A DNA stretch of 64,000 bases from Roseibacillus sp. (GCA_051251855.1 JBPOGI010000001.1:32001-96000); one strand, 5' to 3'. Positions 39,429-49,153 are shown, numbered from the stretch's first letter. Translations and numbers: made by a program. The notes: generated by a model not told the origin, from the letters alone.

Positions 39429-40234
39429 CTGCCTTGCGTCCTCCCAGGCTCTATCAATGTGAAGTGATGCATCAGCGTCTTGTGCCTAAGAGAGAGCCGT
39501 TTCACTATAGGGTGTTCATGCTCGCTTTCGAGTTGAACGATCTCCCTCAGATGGCGAAGGGTAATGTTTGGTTGGGGCACAATCGCTTTCATTTGTTTTC
39601 GATTAATGATCGCGACCACATCGACTTGGGTGAAGAGGGGGGGATTCGTCCCAATCTTTTGAAGTGGTTATACGAGCAAGGACAGGATGTTCCGCAGGAT
39701 GCTCGCATTGAGCTGGTCACTTTTCCTTCTGTTCTTGGTTATGGCTTTAATCCAGTGAGTTTTTACGCCGTTTCTCGTAGCACGGGAGAACCGCTTTTGA
39801 TGGTGGCTGAAGTGGTGAACACCTTTCGCGAGATGAAGCTGTTTTTGGTAGACGAGGAGGGCTCCGATCAACGTTGGCAACGGCGGGTAGAAAAGGGTTT
39901 CTACGTCTCTCCGTTTTCGGACTCGGGAGATGACTTTGATTTTCGTCTTTCGCTCCCCAGAGAGAAGCTAGCCATCAATATTGACAATTGGCACGACGGG
40001 GAACGAACTTTGGTGAGCGCTGTGAGAGGGCAAGAGCTGCCGTTGACCGCAAGTCGACTCTTCTGGTTCGCCTTACGTTATCCCTTTCTCTCTCTCAAAA
40101 TTATCGTGGGAATTCATTGGCAAGCTGCGCGCCTGTGGTTCGCTAAGATTCCCTATTTCAAAAAGAGCGAGCGACTGGAGATCCAGCGCGATGTTCTTCG
40201 GCCTCATTCTTCACCAGAAAAAAGAACCCCATAA
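39425..40234 (+). CDS. DUF1365 protein (UfaO-like)
   Basis: H.R..P...F.Y, LGYGFNPVSFY, AEVVNTF, K.FYVSPF, GIHWQAARLW; ATG overlaps the upstream stop. Confidence 0.88.
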   Translation: MTALRPPRLYQCEVMHQRLVPKREPFHYRVFMLAFELNDLPQMAKGNVWLGHNRFHLFSINDRDHIDLGEEGGIRPNLLKWLYEQGQDVPQDARIELVTFPSVLGYGFNPVSFYAVSRSTGEPLLMVAEVVNTFREMKLFLVDEEGSDQRWQRRVEKGFYVSPFSDSGDDFDFRLSLPREKLAINIDNWHDGERTLVSAVRGQELPLTASRLFWFALRYPFLSLKIIVGIHWQAARLWFAKIPYFKKSERLEIQRDVLRPHSSPEKRTP

Positions 40235-40236
40235 CC

Positions 40237-41529
40237 ATGACTACCTCCTCAACTGATACTGTCACCGCCTCAGTGGCATCACAAAAGCCCGCCACCTTTG
40301 CTGAGCGCATGGTTTTGGGCTTGTTAGAAAAGATGCCTCAAGGCGGATTAAGGCTGTATCATGCCGATGGTCGCCAACGGGACTTTGGTGAAGTAGGAGC
40401 TCCTATCTCTGCCGAAGTGCGCATCAATAATGATGATGAGTTTTTCAAGCGGTGTGCCTTTTACGGTAATGTAGGCATGGGAGAGGCTTATACCGATGGA
40501 ATTTGGGATACGAGTGATATCAAAGCGGTGGTGACTTGGTTCATCGATAATATGGCTGCATTGCAAGGGGACCGAAGCAACTCGAGTCGTCTTCCGAAGG
40601 TGAATCTTTTGAAAATGGTAAACTGGGTCCGTCACCTAAAGCGCAGTAATACCATCGAGACGAGCCGCCGAAATATTTCCGAACATTACGATTTGGGGAA
40701 CACCTTTTATCAAGAATGGTTGGATGGCACGATGACCTACTCTTGCGCCATGTTCGATAAGACGGATGAATCCTTCGAAGCTGCACAGAATGCGAAGTAT
40801 GAAGCGCTGTGTCAGAAACTTCAGCTGAAAAAGGGGGAGCATGTGCTTGAGATTGGTTGTGGTTGGGGTGGGTTTTGCGCCTATGCTGCTAAGAACTATG
40901 GCGTAAAAATTACTGCTCTTACCATTTCGCAGGCGCAGGCTGATTTTGCGCGCGAACGGATGAAGCGAGAAGGTCTCGAGAATTTGGTAGAGATTCGGAT
41001 TCAGGACTACCGTCTCGTCGAGGGAGAGTTTGACAAAATTGTATCCATCGAAATGTTAGAAGCGGTAGGGGATAAGTTCCACGAGTCGTTCTTTGGTAAG
41101 TGTCACGAGGTCATGAAGCCGGCGGGTCTCTTGGCGGTGCAAATGATTACAGTGCCAGATTCGCGCTATAAGAACCTTAAGACGGGAGTGGACTGGATTC
41201 AGCGGCATATTTTTCCAGGATCGCTTTTGCTCAGTGTGGGGCGAGTGAATGAGGTACTACAGAAAACGGGGAACCTCTTCATGCATGATTTGGAGGACAT
41301 GGGCACAAACTATGTTCGGACCCTCGACTCGTGGCATCAACGCTTTAACGGCTCCAAGGAGAAGCTGAATGCGCTGGGATACGACGAGAGCTTTTTCCGG
41401 ACTTGGAACTACTATCTCAAATATTGTGAAGCGGCTTTTGCGACCCGCAATATTTCGGTGGTGCAGGCGGTCTATACCCGTCCTAACAATTCGACTCTTC
41501 AGCGTTCACTCTCCGAATTGTCCGCATGA
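40237..41529 (+). CDS. Cfa-family SAM-dependent fatty-acyl phospholipid methyltransferase (UfaM-like)
   Basis: GMGEAY, NISEHYDLGN, MTYS, VLEIGCGWGG, SIEMLEAVG, IFPGS, WNYYLKYCEAAF. Confidence 0.92.
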   Translation: MTTSSTDTVTASVASQKPATFAERMVLGLLEKMPQGGLRLYHADGRQRDFGEVGAPISAEVRINNDDEFFKRCAFYGNVGMGEAYTDGIWDTSDIKAVVTWFIDNMAALQGDRSNSSRLPKVNLLKMVNWVRHLKRSNTIETSRRNISEHYDLGNTFYQEWLDGTMTYSCAMFDKTDESFEAAQNAKYEALCQKLQLKKGEHVLEIGCGWGGFCAYAAKNYGVKITALTISQAQADFARERMKREGLENLVEIRIQDYRLVEGEFDKIVSIEMLEAVGDKFHESFFGKCHEVMKPAGLLAVQMITVPDSRYKNLKTGVDWIQRHIFPGSLLLSVGRVNEVLQKTGNLFMHDLEDMGTNYVRTLDSWHQRFNGSKEKLNALGYDESFFRTWNYYLKYCEAAFATRNISVVQAVYTRPNNSTLQRSLSELSA

Positions 41530-42053
41530 CCCGAGTGGAGCCCAGTGCTGTTAGCGAGTCGTCATCCCGCCGTGCTTGGTGGAGGCGCTGGATTGTCGAT
41601 CCGATTCGGAATCAGCTGCAGCAGGGGGTGGCGCCAAGTAAGCTGGGATGGGCTGCCGCATTGGGAGTAACGGTGGGTGTTATTCCGATTATGGGAACGG
41701 TGAGTGCCGTCAGTGTTGCAGGTGCGGCGGTCTTTAAGTTGAACCAGCCGATTACCCACCTTTTCACCCGCTTGATGTTGCCGCTTCATCTTCTTCTCAT
41801 TGTTCCCTTTATCCGTCTGGGGCAGAGAATTCACGGGGCGGAGCTTCTTTCGGCGACCGTTCCGGAGCTGGTTCAACAATTTCAGGAGGCCCCGATGAAA
41901 TTTTTGGGAGACTTCGGGTTGGCTGCTTGGCATGGTTTTGTAGCGTGGGCCTTGGTGGCGCCCTTTCTTCTCTTTGCGGTGAAGCTCATTTTGACGCCGC
42001 TGTTTCAAATATTGGGTAAGCGAATGAGGAGAAACGAGGAGGTGGCCGCATGA
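41526..42053 (+). CDS. DUF2062-family membrane protein
   Basis: QGVAPSKL..AAALG...G..P..G, LNQP, PFIRLG; hydrophobic. Confidence 0.75.
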   Translation: MTRVEPSAVSESSSRRAWWRRWIVDPIRNQLQQGVAPSKLGWAAALGVTVGVIPIMGTVSAVSVAGAAVFKLNQPITHLFTRLMLPLHLLLIVPFIRLGQRIHGAELLSATVPELVQQFQEAPMKFLGDFGLAAWHGFVAWALVAPFLLFAVKLILTPLFQILGKRMRRNEEVAA

Positions 42054-42841
42054 ATGAATGGTGGCCATTGCTCGTCGCGGCGGCGGCGATGATTCTGCTC
42101 TTCGCAGGGGCATGGGGGTGGTGTGTGAAGCTGGATAACTTTTCGCCGGTAGATGCCTTCTGGGCTTTTGGAATCGGTTTGAGTGCGGTGTTTTTTGCGG
42201 TTACTGGGGAAGCTGATTTGAGCAAGCGCTTGTTGGCTGGAGGGTTGGCTGCGGTTTGGTCATTGCGGCTGGGGGGGCATTTGGCCGCGCGGATTCGTCG
42301 TCATCACCCTTCGGAGGACTCGCGTTATCGAAAGCTGCGCGACGTTTGGGAGGGAAGAGTGAATCGGTCGTTCTTTTGGTTCTTTCAGGCTCAAGCGCTC
42401 TCGGTGGTGCTATTGTCTTTGCCTTTTTTTCTCATTTCCAAAGATGGCAATGGGTGGGGGCTTTGGGAATGGGTTGGTCTTGTGGTCACCGTGGTTGGTT
42501 TGGTGGGCGAGAGTATTTCCGATCGGCAGATGGACCGATTCAAAGAAAAGAATGACGACCCCAAGGGAGTCTGTCGGGAAGGGTTGTGGAAGTATTCGCG
42601 GCATCCCAATTACTTTTTTGAGTTTGTGATTTGGGTGGGCTTCTTTGTCCTAGCCTGTGGTTCCCAGTGGGGATGGACTACGATTTATGCTCCCGCATGC
42701 ATCCTTTTTCTTTTACTGCGCGTAACTGGTATCCCCCCAACTGAGGCTTCTGCGGTCAAACGCAAAGGCGATGCTTATCGGGACTATCAGGCTACAACGA
42801 GTGCGTTTGTTCCTCTTCCACCTAAGAAAAATTCCTCATGA
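42050..42841 (+). CDS. DUF1295 membrane protein (steroid 5-alpha-reductase-like)
   Basis: [43 protein letters not shown]. Confidence 0.9.
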   Translation: MNEWWPLLVAAAAMILLFAGAWGWCVKLDNFSPVDAFWAFGIGLSAVFFAVTGEADLSKRLLAGGLAAVWSLRLGGHLAARIRRHHPSEDSRYRKLRDVWEGRVNRSFFWFFQAQALSVVLLSLPFFLISKDGNGWGLWEWVGLVVTVVGLVGESISDRQMDRFKEKNDDPKGVCREGLWKYSRHPNYFFEFVIWVGFFVLACGSQWGWTTIYAPACILFLLLRVTGIPPTEASAVKRKGDAYRDYQATTSAFVPLPPKKNSS

Positions 42842-43887
42842 TTGATACTGATAAAATCCTCTCAAGCGGGCTCGTTCCCGATGGTCTCATCCGGGCTGGC
42901 ATCCGTCAGCGATTGGCAGCAACCCTGTCCCCATTTGAAAAACTGAATGTCGAAGAGCGGCAGGCACGGCTGATGGCCCATGTTGAAGAGCTTAAAAATA
43001 GTCCAGTGGCGATTGCGACCGACGAAGCCAACGAGCAGCACTATGAGCTTCCAACCTTGTTTTTCCAAAGATGCTTGGGGAAGAACATGAAATACAGTTC
43101 TGGTTACTGGGACGAGGGAGTGACCGATATCGATGAGTCGGAAGCTCGGATGCTGGCTCTTACCTGCGAGAGGGCTGCGTTAGAGGATGGACAACGCATT
43201 CTGGAGTTAGGTTGTGGCTGGGGGTCGTTGAGTCTTTGGATGGCCAAGCACTACCCGAAGGCCGAGATTACAGTGGTGTCTAACAGCCGGACGCAAAAGG
43301 AATACATCATGGGCCAAGCTGAAGAGCGTGGTATCAAGAATCTGGAAGTGGTGACAGCCAACATGATTGACTACCAAGGGGAGGGGGACGGCATTTTCGA
43401 CCGAGTCGTTTCGGTAGAGATGTTCGAGCACATGAAAAACTATGAGGAACTCATGGGGCGGGTGGCGCGGTGGTTGAAACCTGGGGGGGCGCTCTTCGTG
43501 CACATCTTCACTCACAAGGAATATGCTTATCACTACGTTGCGGAGAAAGAGAGTGACTGGATGGCGCGCTATTTTTTCACTGGAGGGCAGATGCCTTCAG
43601 ATGATTTGTTGCTCTATTTTCAAGATGATTTGCGGATTGAACAGCACTGGCATGTTTCCGGAACGCACTATCAAAAGACCTCGGAAGCCTGGCTGCAGCG
43701 CATGGATCAGGCCGAGGACGAATTGAAGCCTCTCATTCGCGAAACATACGGTGCCGAGAATGAGAAACGCTGGTGGACCTATTGGCGGGTCTTCTACATG
43801 GCCTGTGCCGAACTCTGGGGCTACCGCAACGGTGACGAGTGGATCGTTTCGCATTACCGCTTTCGAAAACCTCAAATTGAAACCTAG
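42838..43887 (+). CDS. second SAM-dependent methyltransferase (Cfa/coclaurine N-methyltransferase-like)
   Basis: [59 protein letters not shown]. Confidence 0.9.
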   Translation: MIDTDKILSSGLVPDGLIRAGIRQRLAATLSPFEKLNVEERQARLMAHVEELKNSPVAIATDEANEQHYELPTLFFQRCLGKNMKYSSGYWDEGVTDIDESEARMLALTCERAALEDGQRILELGCGWGSLSLWMAKHYPKAEITVVSNSRTQKEYIMGQAEERGIKNLEVVTANMIDYQGEGDGIFDRVVSVEMFEHMKNYEELMGRVARWLKPGGALFVHIFTHKEYAYHYVAEKESDWMARYFFTGGQMPSDDLLLYFQDDLRIEQHWHVSGTHYQKTSEAWLQRMDQAEDELKPLIRETYGAENEKRWWTYWRVFYMACAELWGYRNGDEWIVSHYRFRKPQIET

Positions 43888-43893
43888 AATCTT

Positions 43894-44637
43894 ATGAAAA
43901 TACTCCCCCATATATTGCTGTCATTTTCCCTAACGTTGTCATCTATTCATGCTCAAACTGCGAAGGAGTGGGTCGCGTATGCAGAGAAGCTGGAGGTGGC
44001 TGGTGACACCCCAAAGGCACTCGCCTCTTTCTTGGAAGCAGATAAGAAGAAGCCTAACGATGCCTCTATCTTGGTGAAAATCGGCAAACAGTGGGGGGAC
44101 TACATGGCGGAGCTCAAAGGAGGACAACGTCAGGATGCTGCTCAAAAGTCGCTTTCGTATTCTAAGCAGGCGCTTAAGGTTGCTCCTAAAAACAGCGATT
44201 CACATCTCGCGGTGGCCTTGTCCCTCGGAAAGAACGTTGAGTTCATGGGCAATAAACAGAAAATTCAGGCTTCAAAGGATATTAAGTTTCATGCCGAGCG
44301 TGCTCTCGCGCTGAATCCTAAAAGTGACTACGCGCATCATCTTCTCGGTCGTTGGCATCAAAATGTCTCTGAAATGGGCGGGGTCACGAGGACAATTGCG
44401 AAAGTCATCTATGGTGAGATTCCTCAAGGGAGTCTCACGGCAGCCCTTGGACACTTTCAGAAGGCGCGGCAGTTACGAGCTGACCGCTTGGTCCATCAAA
44501 TTGAGTATGGCCGTACTTTGGTCATGATGGGAGAGAAGGGGAAGGGAGTTGCCGAGATTAAGAAGGGGCTCGCGATGCCTAACAAGGACAAGGATGATCC
44601 CGAGAGCAAAGTGCGAGGCCGGGCGATGCTGAAGTGA
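43894..44637 (+). CDS. exported TPR protein, RMDN (regulator of microtubule dynamics/PTPIP51)-like
   Basis: Sec signal peptide; TPR helices; ALALNP..D.AHHLLGRWHQ.V...TRTIAKVIYGEIP.GS...AL.HFQKA resembles the RMDN C-terminal TPR pattern. Confidence 0.7.
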   Translation: MKILPHILLSFSLTLSSIHAQTAKEWVAYAEKLEVAGDTPKALASFLEADKKKPNDASILVKIGKQWGDYMAELKGGQRQDAAQKSLSYSKQALKVAPKNSDSHLAVALSLGKNVEFMGNKQKIQASKDIKFHAERALALNPKSDYAHHLLGRWHQNVSEMGGVTRTIAKVIYGEIPQGSLTAALGHFQKARQLRADRLVHQIEYGRTLVMMGEKGKGVAEIKKGLAMPNKDKDDPESKVRGRAMLK

Positions 44638-44641
44638 AGGG

Positions 44642-45580
44642 TCAGTGGAAGCTGAATCTCCAAGCGGGGACCTTCTTGCGATAGCTGTCCCAGGCCTGAC
44701 CGAAGCGTTTTCTCATATCGGCATCTTCCGACCATCGGGCAAAGCCGAGCGAGTAGGCCACGATGGAGAGTGCGCAGAGCGCTATCCAGAGATTCCAGAA
44801 CAGGGCTGCTTCAATCAGCAATAGAGAGGTGATTCCAAATTGCATTGGGTTACGAATGCGGCGGTAGACTCCGGTTGTGACAAGGATTATGGGGGCATCC
44901 ATGGGGACGGGAGTTCCTTTGCCGACCACCACAAATTCTCTAACGGCAAGAATAGCTGGAATGGCAGGGAGCAAGGCAAGAGCAGTTGCGCCGAGTTGGA
45001 TCAAAAGGGGAACGCTTGCGAAAGACTCAAAGAGGGTTTTCCAACTGCCTGAGTGAGCCGCAAGAGGGATATGGATCAACGCAAGAATGGCAAAGCCGGT
45101 GGCGATGAGCATTGTGCGGGGACCGAGGTGAGTGTGGGAACTTGTCCAGCGGTAGAGGAAGAGGCCGGGGACGAGCGCACCTGCAATCATAAGGACTTCT
45201 CCCTCGAGCCATCCTTCTTTGAGGATGAGAAGAGGTTCAAGGAGGGGCATGGTGACGAGGTCTAACAGAATCATAATGGTGATGGTGAGCCAGAGGGGGA
45301 GTTTCTGAGAGATAATACATGCGAGAGCACCCCAGAGGGCCGCCCACCCGAACCAGAGCGAGAGAGGAAGCCCTCCGAACCGTGGGCTGGAGGTCACAAA
45401 GTTCCACCAACCCGCCCACTCCGCGATGCCATTGAGACAGGGGAGGGTCGCTAAGTTCCAGAGCACTGCGTAAAGGACTCCGAGTCCTTCGCGCCTGTTG
45501 ATACGAAGAACGAAACCCAGAATGAGCGCCGTGAGAATGGGCCAATAAAGGGCGACGGCCTCAATAACGAGAGGGTTCAT
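44642..45580 (-). CDS. ICMT/PEMT-family integral membrane methyltransferase with extra N-terminal TM domain
   Basis: GKGTPVPMD, LVTTGVYRRIRNPM, ED..MRKRFG..W..YRKKVPAW. Confidence 0.8.
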   Translation of the reverse strand: MNPLVIEAVALYWPILTALILGFVLRINRREGLGVLYAVLWNLATLPCLNGIAEWAGWWNFVTSSPRFGGLPLSLWFGWAALWGALACIISQKLPLWLTITIMILLDLVTMPLLEPLLILKEGWLEGEVLMIAGALVPGLFLYRWTSSHTHLGPRTMLIATGFAILALIHIPLAAHSGSWKTLFESFASVPLLIQLGATALALLPAIPAILAVREFVVVGKGTPVPMDAPIILVTTGVYRRIRNPMQFGITSLLLIEAALFWNLWIALCALSIVAYSLGFARWSEDADMRKRFGQAWDSYRKKVPAWRFSFH

Positions 45581-46506
45581 GGTTGGATGATTGAGTCCAA
45601 GAAGTAGCGGCCTGCTTGTCGCACCCCGAATCGTTGAATGGGCGCAAAGTAGAGGGCGGGATCGAGATTGCGGTAATACTCAAAGGTGAGATTGATGGTG
45701 GTTGATCCTGTAGGGGTTTCGTGCCACCTCCAAGTAATGCGCTGCCAAGTTATCCATTGGTCGATTTCGGTCTCGTCTTGAACGGGGATGAAGGTCAGAG
45801 AGTTTGGGGTGCTCTTGGCAATTTCGACGGTGAGATTTCTGGGTGTCTTTTCTCCATGATCGAATGGAATGGTCCACTGGGTTCCGGTCTTGAGGCTACC
45901 CCCACCGGTGCTCGCAAGTGGAAGCGGAAATCCTGCTCGAAGAAAGATGGGGAGAGTCGAAGTGTCAAAGACGGGACCGCGGTCGAGTCGGGTTTGAAAC
46001 TCCTGCGGGGAAAGAGGAACTGTTTTGTTAATAGTGACTTGTTCTTGTCTTTTAAAGCTCAGGTTATCGTGAGTGCCTTCAAGACTGAAAACACTAAAGA
46101 CGGCGATGAGGGAGAGTCGAGTCTTGGCGAGGTTTTCCCGTGCTCGTGCACGGTCAATGAAGATGCCAATGATGAAGCCGATGGCGAGAAAGAAGGGGAG
46201 GGAGACTAGAATGCAGATGAGGCCCTCTAGGACCAGAACACTAGCAGCGAGCATGCTCAAAGTGATATAGAGCAGTATAGCCCCTGTGACGGTGCGAGGA
46301 GTAGGAATCAAAGAGAGTCCAATGGCGAGAAGAGCGGGGATGCCTACGTAGAGGGCTGAAGACTTTCCGTAGTCAGAACCGATCAGCAACCGGTAGGTGA
46401 CCGAAACGAGCGCAAAAATGAGAATCGTCGCAATGAATTTTCTCTTCACATTGAGGCCGCTCTTTTCCTCTGGTTTAGGAAAACTACTATCCTGCTCGGT
46501 GCTCAC
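45577..46506 (-). CDS. membrane protein with C-terminal SRPBCC/START-like domain
   Basis: About 5 TM segments (EGLICI), then a soluble domain (FLRAGFPLP...Y.R.LDP..YF.P); start placed at GTG 46506; stop overlaps the next ATG. Confidence 0.6.
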   Translation of the reverse strand: MSTEQDSSFPKPEEKSGLNVKRKFIATILIFALVSVTYRLLIGSDYGKSSALYVGIPALLAIGLSLIPTPRTVTGAILLYITLSMLAASVLVLEGLICILVSLPFFLAIGFIIGIFIDRARARENLAKTRLSLIAVFSVFSLEGTHDNLSFKRQEQVTINKTVPLSPQEFQTRLDRGPVFDTSTLPIFLRAGFPLPLASTGGGSLKTGTQWTIPFDHGEKTPRNLTVEIAKSTPNSLTFIPVQDETEIDQWITWQRITWRWHETPTGSTTINLTFEYYRNLDPALYFAPIQRFGVRQAGRYFLDSIIQP

Positions 46507-46508
46507 TC

Positions 46509-46526
46509 TTTCAGAATTAACTGAAA
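46509..46526. promoter_or_regulatory. TTTCAG-N6-CTGAAA operator candidate
   Basis: TTTCAG-AATTAA-CTGAAA; same dyad as 59044-59061. Confidence 0.65.
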
Positions 46527-46583
46527 ACACAGAAAGTTTAAAGCTTTATTTTGGCGGCTTTGTTGAGTGGAGGCTGAGCTTCT

Positions 46584-47894
46584 TTATGAACCTTTAGGGG
46601 ACCACCAAGAGTTAAGCTTTTTGGTGAGGGCTTTGACGAGCTCGGGATTCTTGGAGGCGAGGTCTTCTCTTTCGTTGGGATCTCGCGCAAGATTATAGAG
46701 CTCAGGTTTGGCTTCGGGGCCGCGAACGAGGGGGTTGGGAGAAATGAGTTTCCAGTCGTTTTCGATGGTGAATCGGTTTTCTAAGCTCTTATGTGGAGAG
46801 CCCTGTTCGGCCACATTGTGCCGATAGCAAGAGCCGTAGATGGTCTCGCGAGTTTCGACTTGAGCGAAGTTAGTGAGATTGATTCCACTCAGCCCATCCG
46901 GAAGAGGGGTTCCGCAAAGTGCGGCGGCGGTGGGCCAGATATCGAGGTTACTAGCAAGGTTTTCGCTGTCCATGCGCGGCTCGATCTTGTCTTCCCAAGA
47001 GAAAATGATGGGGGTGCGAATACCGCCTTCGTAGACGGTGAGCTTGGAACGAGGAGCAAAGCGGTTGAGTTGCTCGGGATCTTGAATCCAGCCGTTGTCA
47101 CAAGTGTAGATGATGAGGGTGTTTTCAAGTTCCCCGCTTTCTTCTAGGAAGGTCATGAGTTCGGCAATGGTGTTGTCGAGCCATTCGCAGCAGGCCCAGT
47201 AGGCGGCGATGTTAGGGTTGTCAGTCTTCTTGAGATATTTGTCTAAGAGCTCTTGGGGTGGGTTGTGAGGAGTGTGGGGCAGGAAGACGCCATACCAAAT
47301 GAACCAAGGTTGGTCGCTGGACTCGGTGATGAAGTCTTTGATGGGGGCGATGCCCTTGCGGCCGATATCGAGGCCTGCGTCGCCATGGCGGCCACCTTTG
47401 TCAGGGGTGCCGAAGGTCATGCCTTGTGTGAAGTCGCCTTCCTCCACGGGACGGCCTTCCCACCATTTACCTGTTTGCAGGCTGCGGTAGCCACTTTCTT
47501 TGAGGGAGCGTACCCAGTTAGGGTGGGTGCGCCACTCTGCAGTGAGATCGGTAGAGAGATGGGCGTACTTGGGATTGTTTCGTTGCCTCTGAACGTTGAG
47601 GGATTTTTCAGGAAGATCGGGATCGTTTCCGGTGACTCCGTGTTCGTGGGGATGGAGACCGGTGAGGATACTGGCAAGGGAGGGGCGGCAAAGGGGGACG
47701 GGAGTGTAGCCCCGTTGAAAGGTGAGGCCGTTAGCGGCGAGCTTGTCGATGGCAGGGGTCTCGATGTGGGGGTGACCCATGAAGCTGTAGTCGCTCCAAG
47801 CTTGGTCATCGGAGAGAAGAAAAAGGATGTTCGGTTTTTTCTCTTCGGCGGAGAGTAAAGAAAGGGGAAGGAGTAAAAGAGAAAGAAATTTCAT
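46584..47894 (-). CDS. formylglycine-dependent (S1) sulfatase, exported
   Basis: KPNILFLLSDD, LCRPSLASILTG, GKWW, PHTPH, DNG, ELYNLARDPNE; signal peptide from MKFLS. Confidence 0.92.
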   Translation of the reverse strand: MKFLSLLLLPLSLLSAEEKKPNILFLLSDDQAWSDYSFMGHPHIETPAIDKLAANGLTFQRGYTPVPLCRPSLASILTGLHPHEHGVTGNDPDLPEKSLNVQRQRNNPKYAHLSTDLTAEWRTHPNWVRSLKESGYRSLQTGKWWEGRPVEEGDFTQGMTFGTPDKGGRHGDAGLDIGRKGIAPIKDFITESSDQPWFIWYGVFLPHTPHNPPQELLDKYLKKTDNPNIAAYWACCEWLDNTIAELMTFLEESGELENTLIIYTCDNGWIQDPEQLNRFAPRSKLTVYEGGIRTPIIFSWEDKIEPRMDSENLASNLDIWPTAAALCGTPLPDGLSGINLTNFAQVETRETIYGSCYRHNVAEQGSPHKSLENRFTIENDWKLISPNPLVRGPEAKPELYNLARDPNEREDLASKNPELVKALTKKLNSWWSPKGS

Positions 47895-47983
47895 GAGGTG
47901 ATGGTTCTTTAAACTGAAAGTTTTGTGATGACTTACGGTCATCTACGGGTGGCTTGTTGGGCTTAGTTGCGATTAGAGAAGGT

Positions 47984-48550
47984 CTATCCTTGGAGCAGAT
48001 GGCGGCCCTTCCAAGTATAGTTGAAGCCGGAGAGCGCGGTAAGGAGAAGGGCTCCGTAGAGGGAGATTCGAATGAGCCAGCCTTGGGGAGAGGTTAAAGT
48101 GTGGAGAAAGTTTGAAGGAGAGTTCTGGACCAGAAGCCAAACGAGGGCTGCGAGGCAGAAGGTGAGTTGGAAGGTGGTTTTCCATTTCCCTAAGTTATCG
48201 GCGGGGATGACCTGTCCTTGTTCGACCGCGATTTGGCGAAGGCCAGTGACGAGGAACTCGCGAGCAATGATGACCGAGGTGACCCAAACAGGGCAAAGGC
48301 CCAAGGCTGTGAGGTGAATGAAAGCTGCGGCGACGAGAATTTTGTCAGCTAAGGGATCGAGAAGTTTCCCGAGGGAAGTCACCAGATTGAGCTTGCGAGC
48401 GAGATAGCCGTCCAAGAAATCTGAGAAGGTGGCGAGAGCAAAGGTGACGAGGGCGACCATATTGCCGGTAAAGGTGCCGGTCGACGCAGCCACTACAAAA
48501 ATAGCGGTGAGGACGAGGCGAGCGGCGGTGATAGAATTCGGGAGATTCAT
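47984..48550 (-). CDS. pgsA: CDP-diacylglycerol--glycerol-3-phosphate 3-phosphatidyltransferase
   Basis: MNLPN, DFLDGYLARK...GKLLDPLADK, REFLVTGLR, GKWKT. Confidence 0.95.
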   Translation of the reverse strand: MNLPNSITAARLVLTAIFVVAASTGTFTGNMVALVTFALATFSDFLDGYLARKLNLVTSLGKLLDPLADKILVAAAFIHLTALGLCPVWVTSVIIAREFLVTGLRQIAVEQGQVIPADNLGKWKTTFQLTFCLAALVWLLVQNSPSNFLHTLTSPQGWLIRISLYGALLLTALSGFNYTWKGRHLLQG

Positions 48551-48619
48551 AAGGCATCAGAGTCAAAGGGCCGGATTGGCTCTTCAGTTTTCGCTGTGAA
48601 AATTGGGGGGAGGCTTCAG

Positions 48620-49153
48620 TTACTCGGCAATTGAGAAGCGGCGGCCTTTGCCTTCGCGCCATGCTTTGTTGAGGGAGCCATAAAGAGCGTCGAGAGTGGA
48701 TCGTTCTTGCACGCGATACTCGACGGTCTTGGCATGGGTGGTGGTGGGGTAGCTCTTCTGAACCATGCTACTGATGTTCGAGCCGGTAAGCTCTTCCGCT
48801 CTTCCCGTCAGTTCGCGCGCCCGCTGGGTGGCGCGTTGAGCGGCTGAGGATTTGCTGTTCTCGGAGGCGGGCGTGATTTGATAGATACGGCAAAGGGCGT
48901 TGCCTACGGTATCGATGGTGACCTCGGTGACGATGAGGCCTCCATCCAAGACGTAGGAACTGCGGGAAATGGAAGCTATGCGATCGAGAGCGACCATGAA
49001 GTGACCATCGGGGAGGGCCAGTTGCCAAAAGCGCTTGAGATCCTCTTCGTCGGTAGCGTTTTGGGTTTCGTCGGGTTGGTCATCCCCTGAGGTTTGGGCA
49101 GCGAGTGGAAAGGTAAAGAAGAGCAACAAGGCGAGAAAGCGAAGGGCTGTCAT
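48620..49153 (-). CDS. hypothetical exported protein
   Basis: 177-aa ORF with signal peptide (FPLAA-Q); fills the gap between genes. Confidence 0.7.
   Translation of the reverse strand: MTALRFLALLLFFTFPLAAQTSGDDQPDETQNATDEEDLKRFWQLALPDGHFMVALDRIASISRSSYVLDGGLIVTEVTIDTVGNALCRIYQITPASENSKSSAAQRATQRARELTGRAEELTGSNISSMVQKSYPTTTHAKTVEYRVQERSTLDALYGSLNKAWREGKGRRFSIAE

Noticed and set aside
47905..47925. CTGAAA half-site upstream of the sulfatase as a third GbsR-like operator
   Set aside because: The partner half-site is missing (TTCTTT-AAA-CTGAAA).
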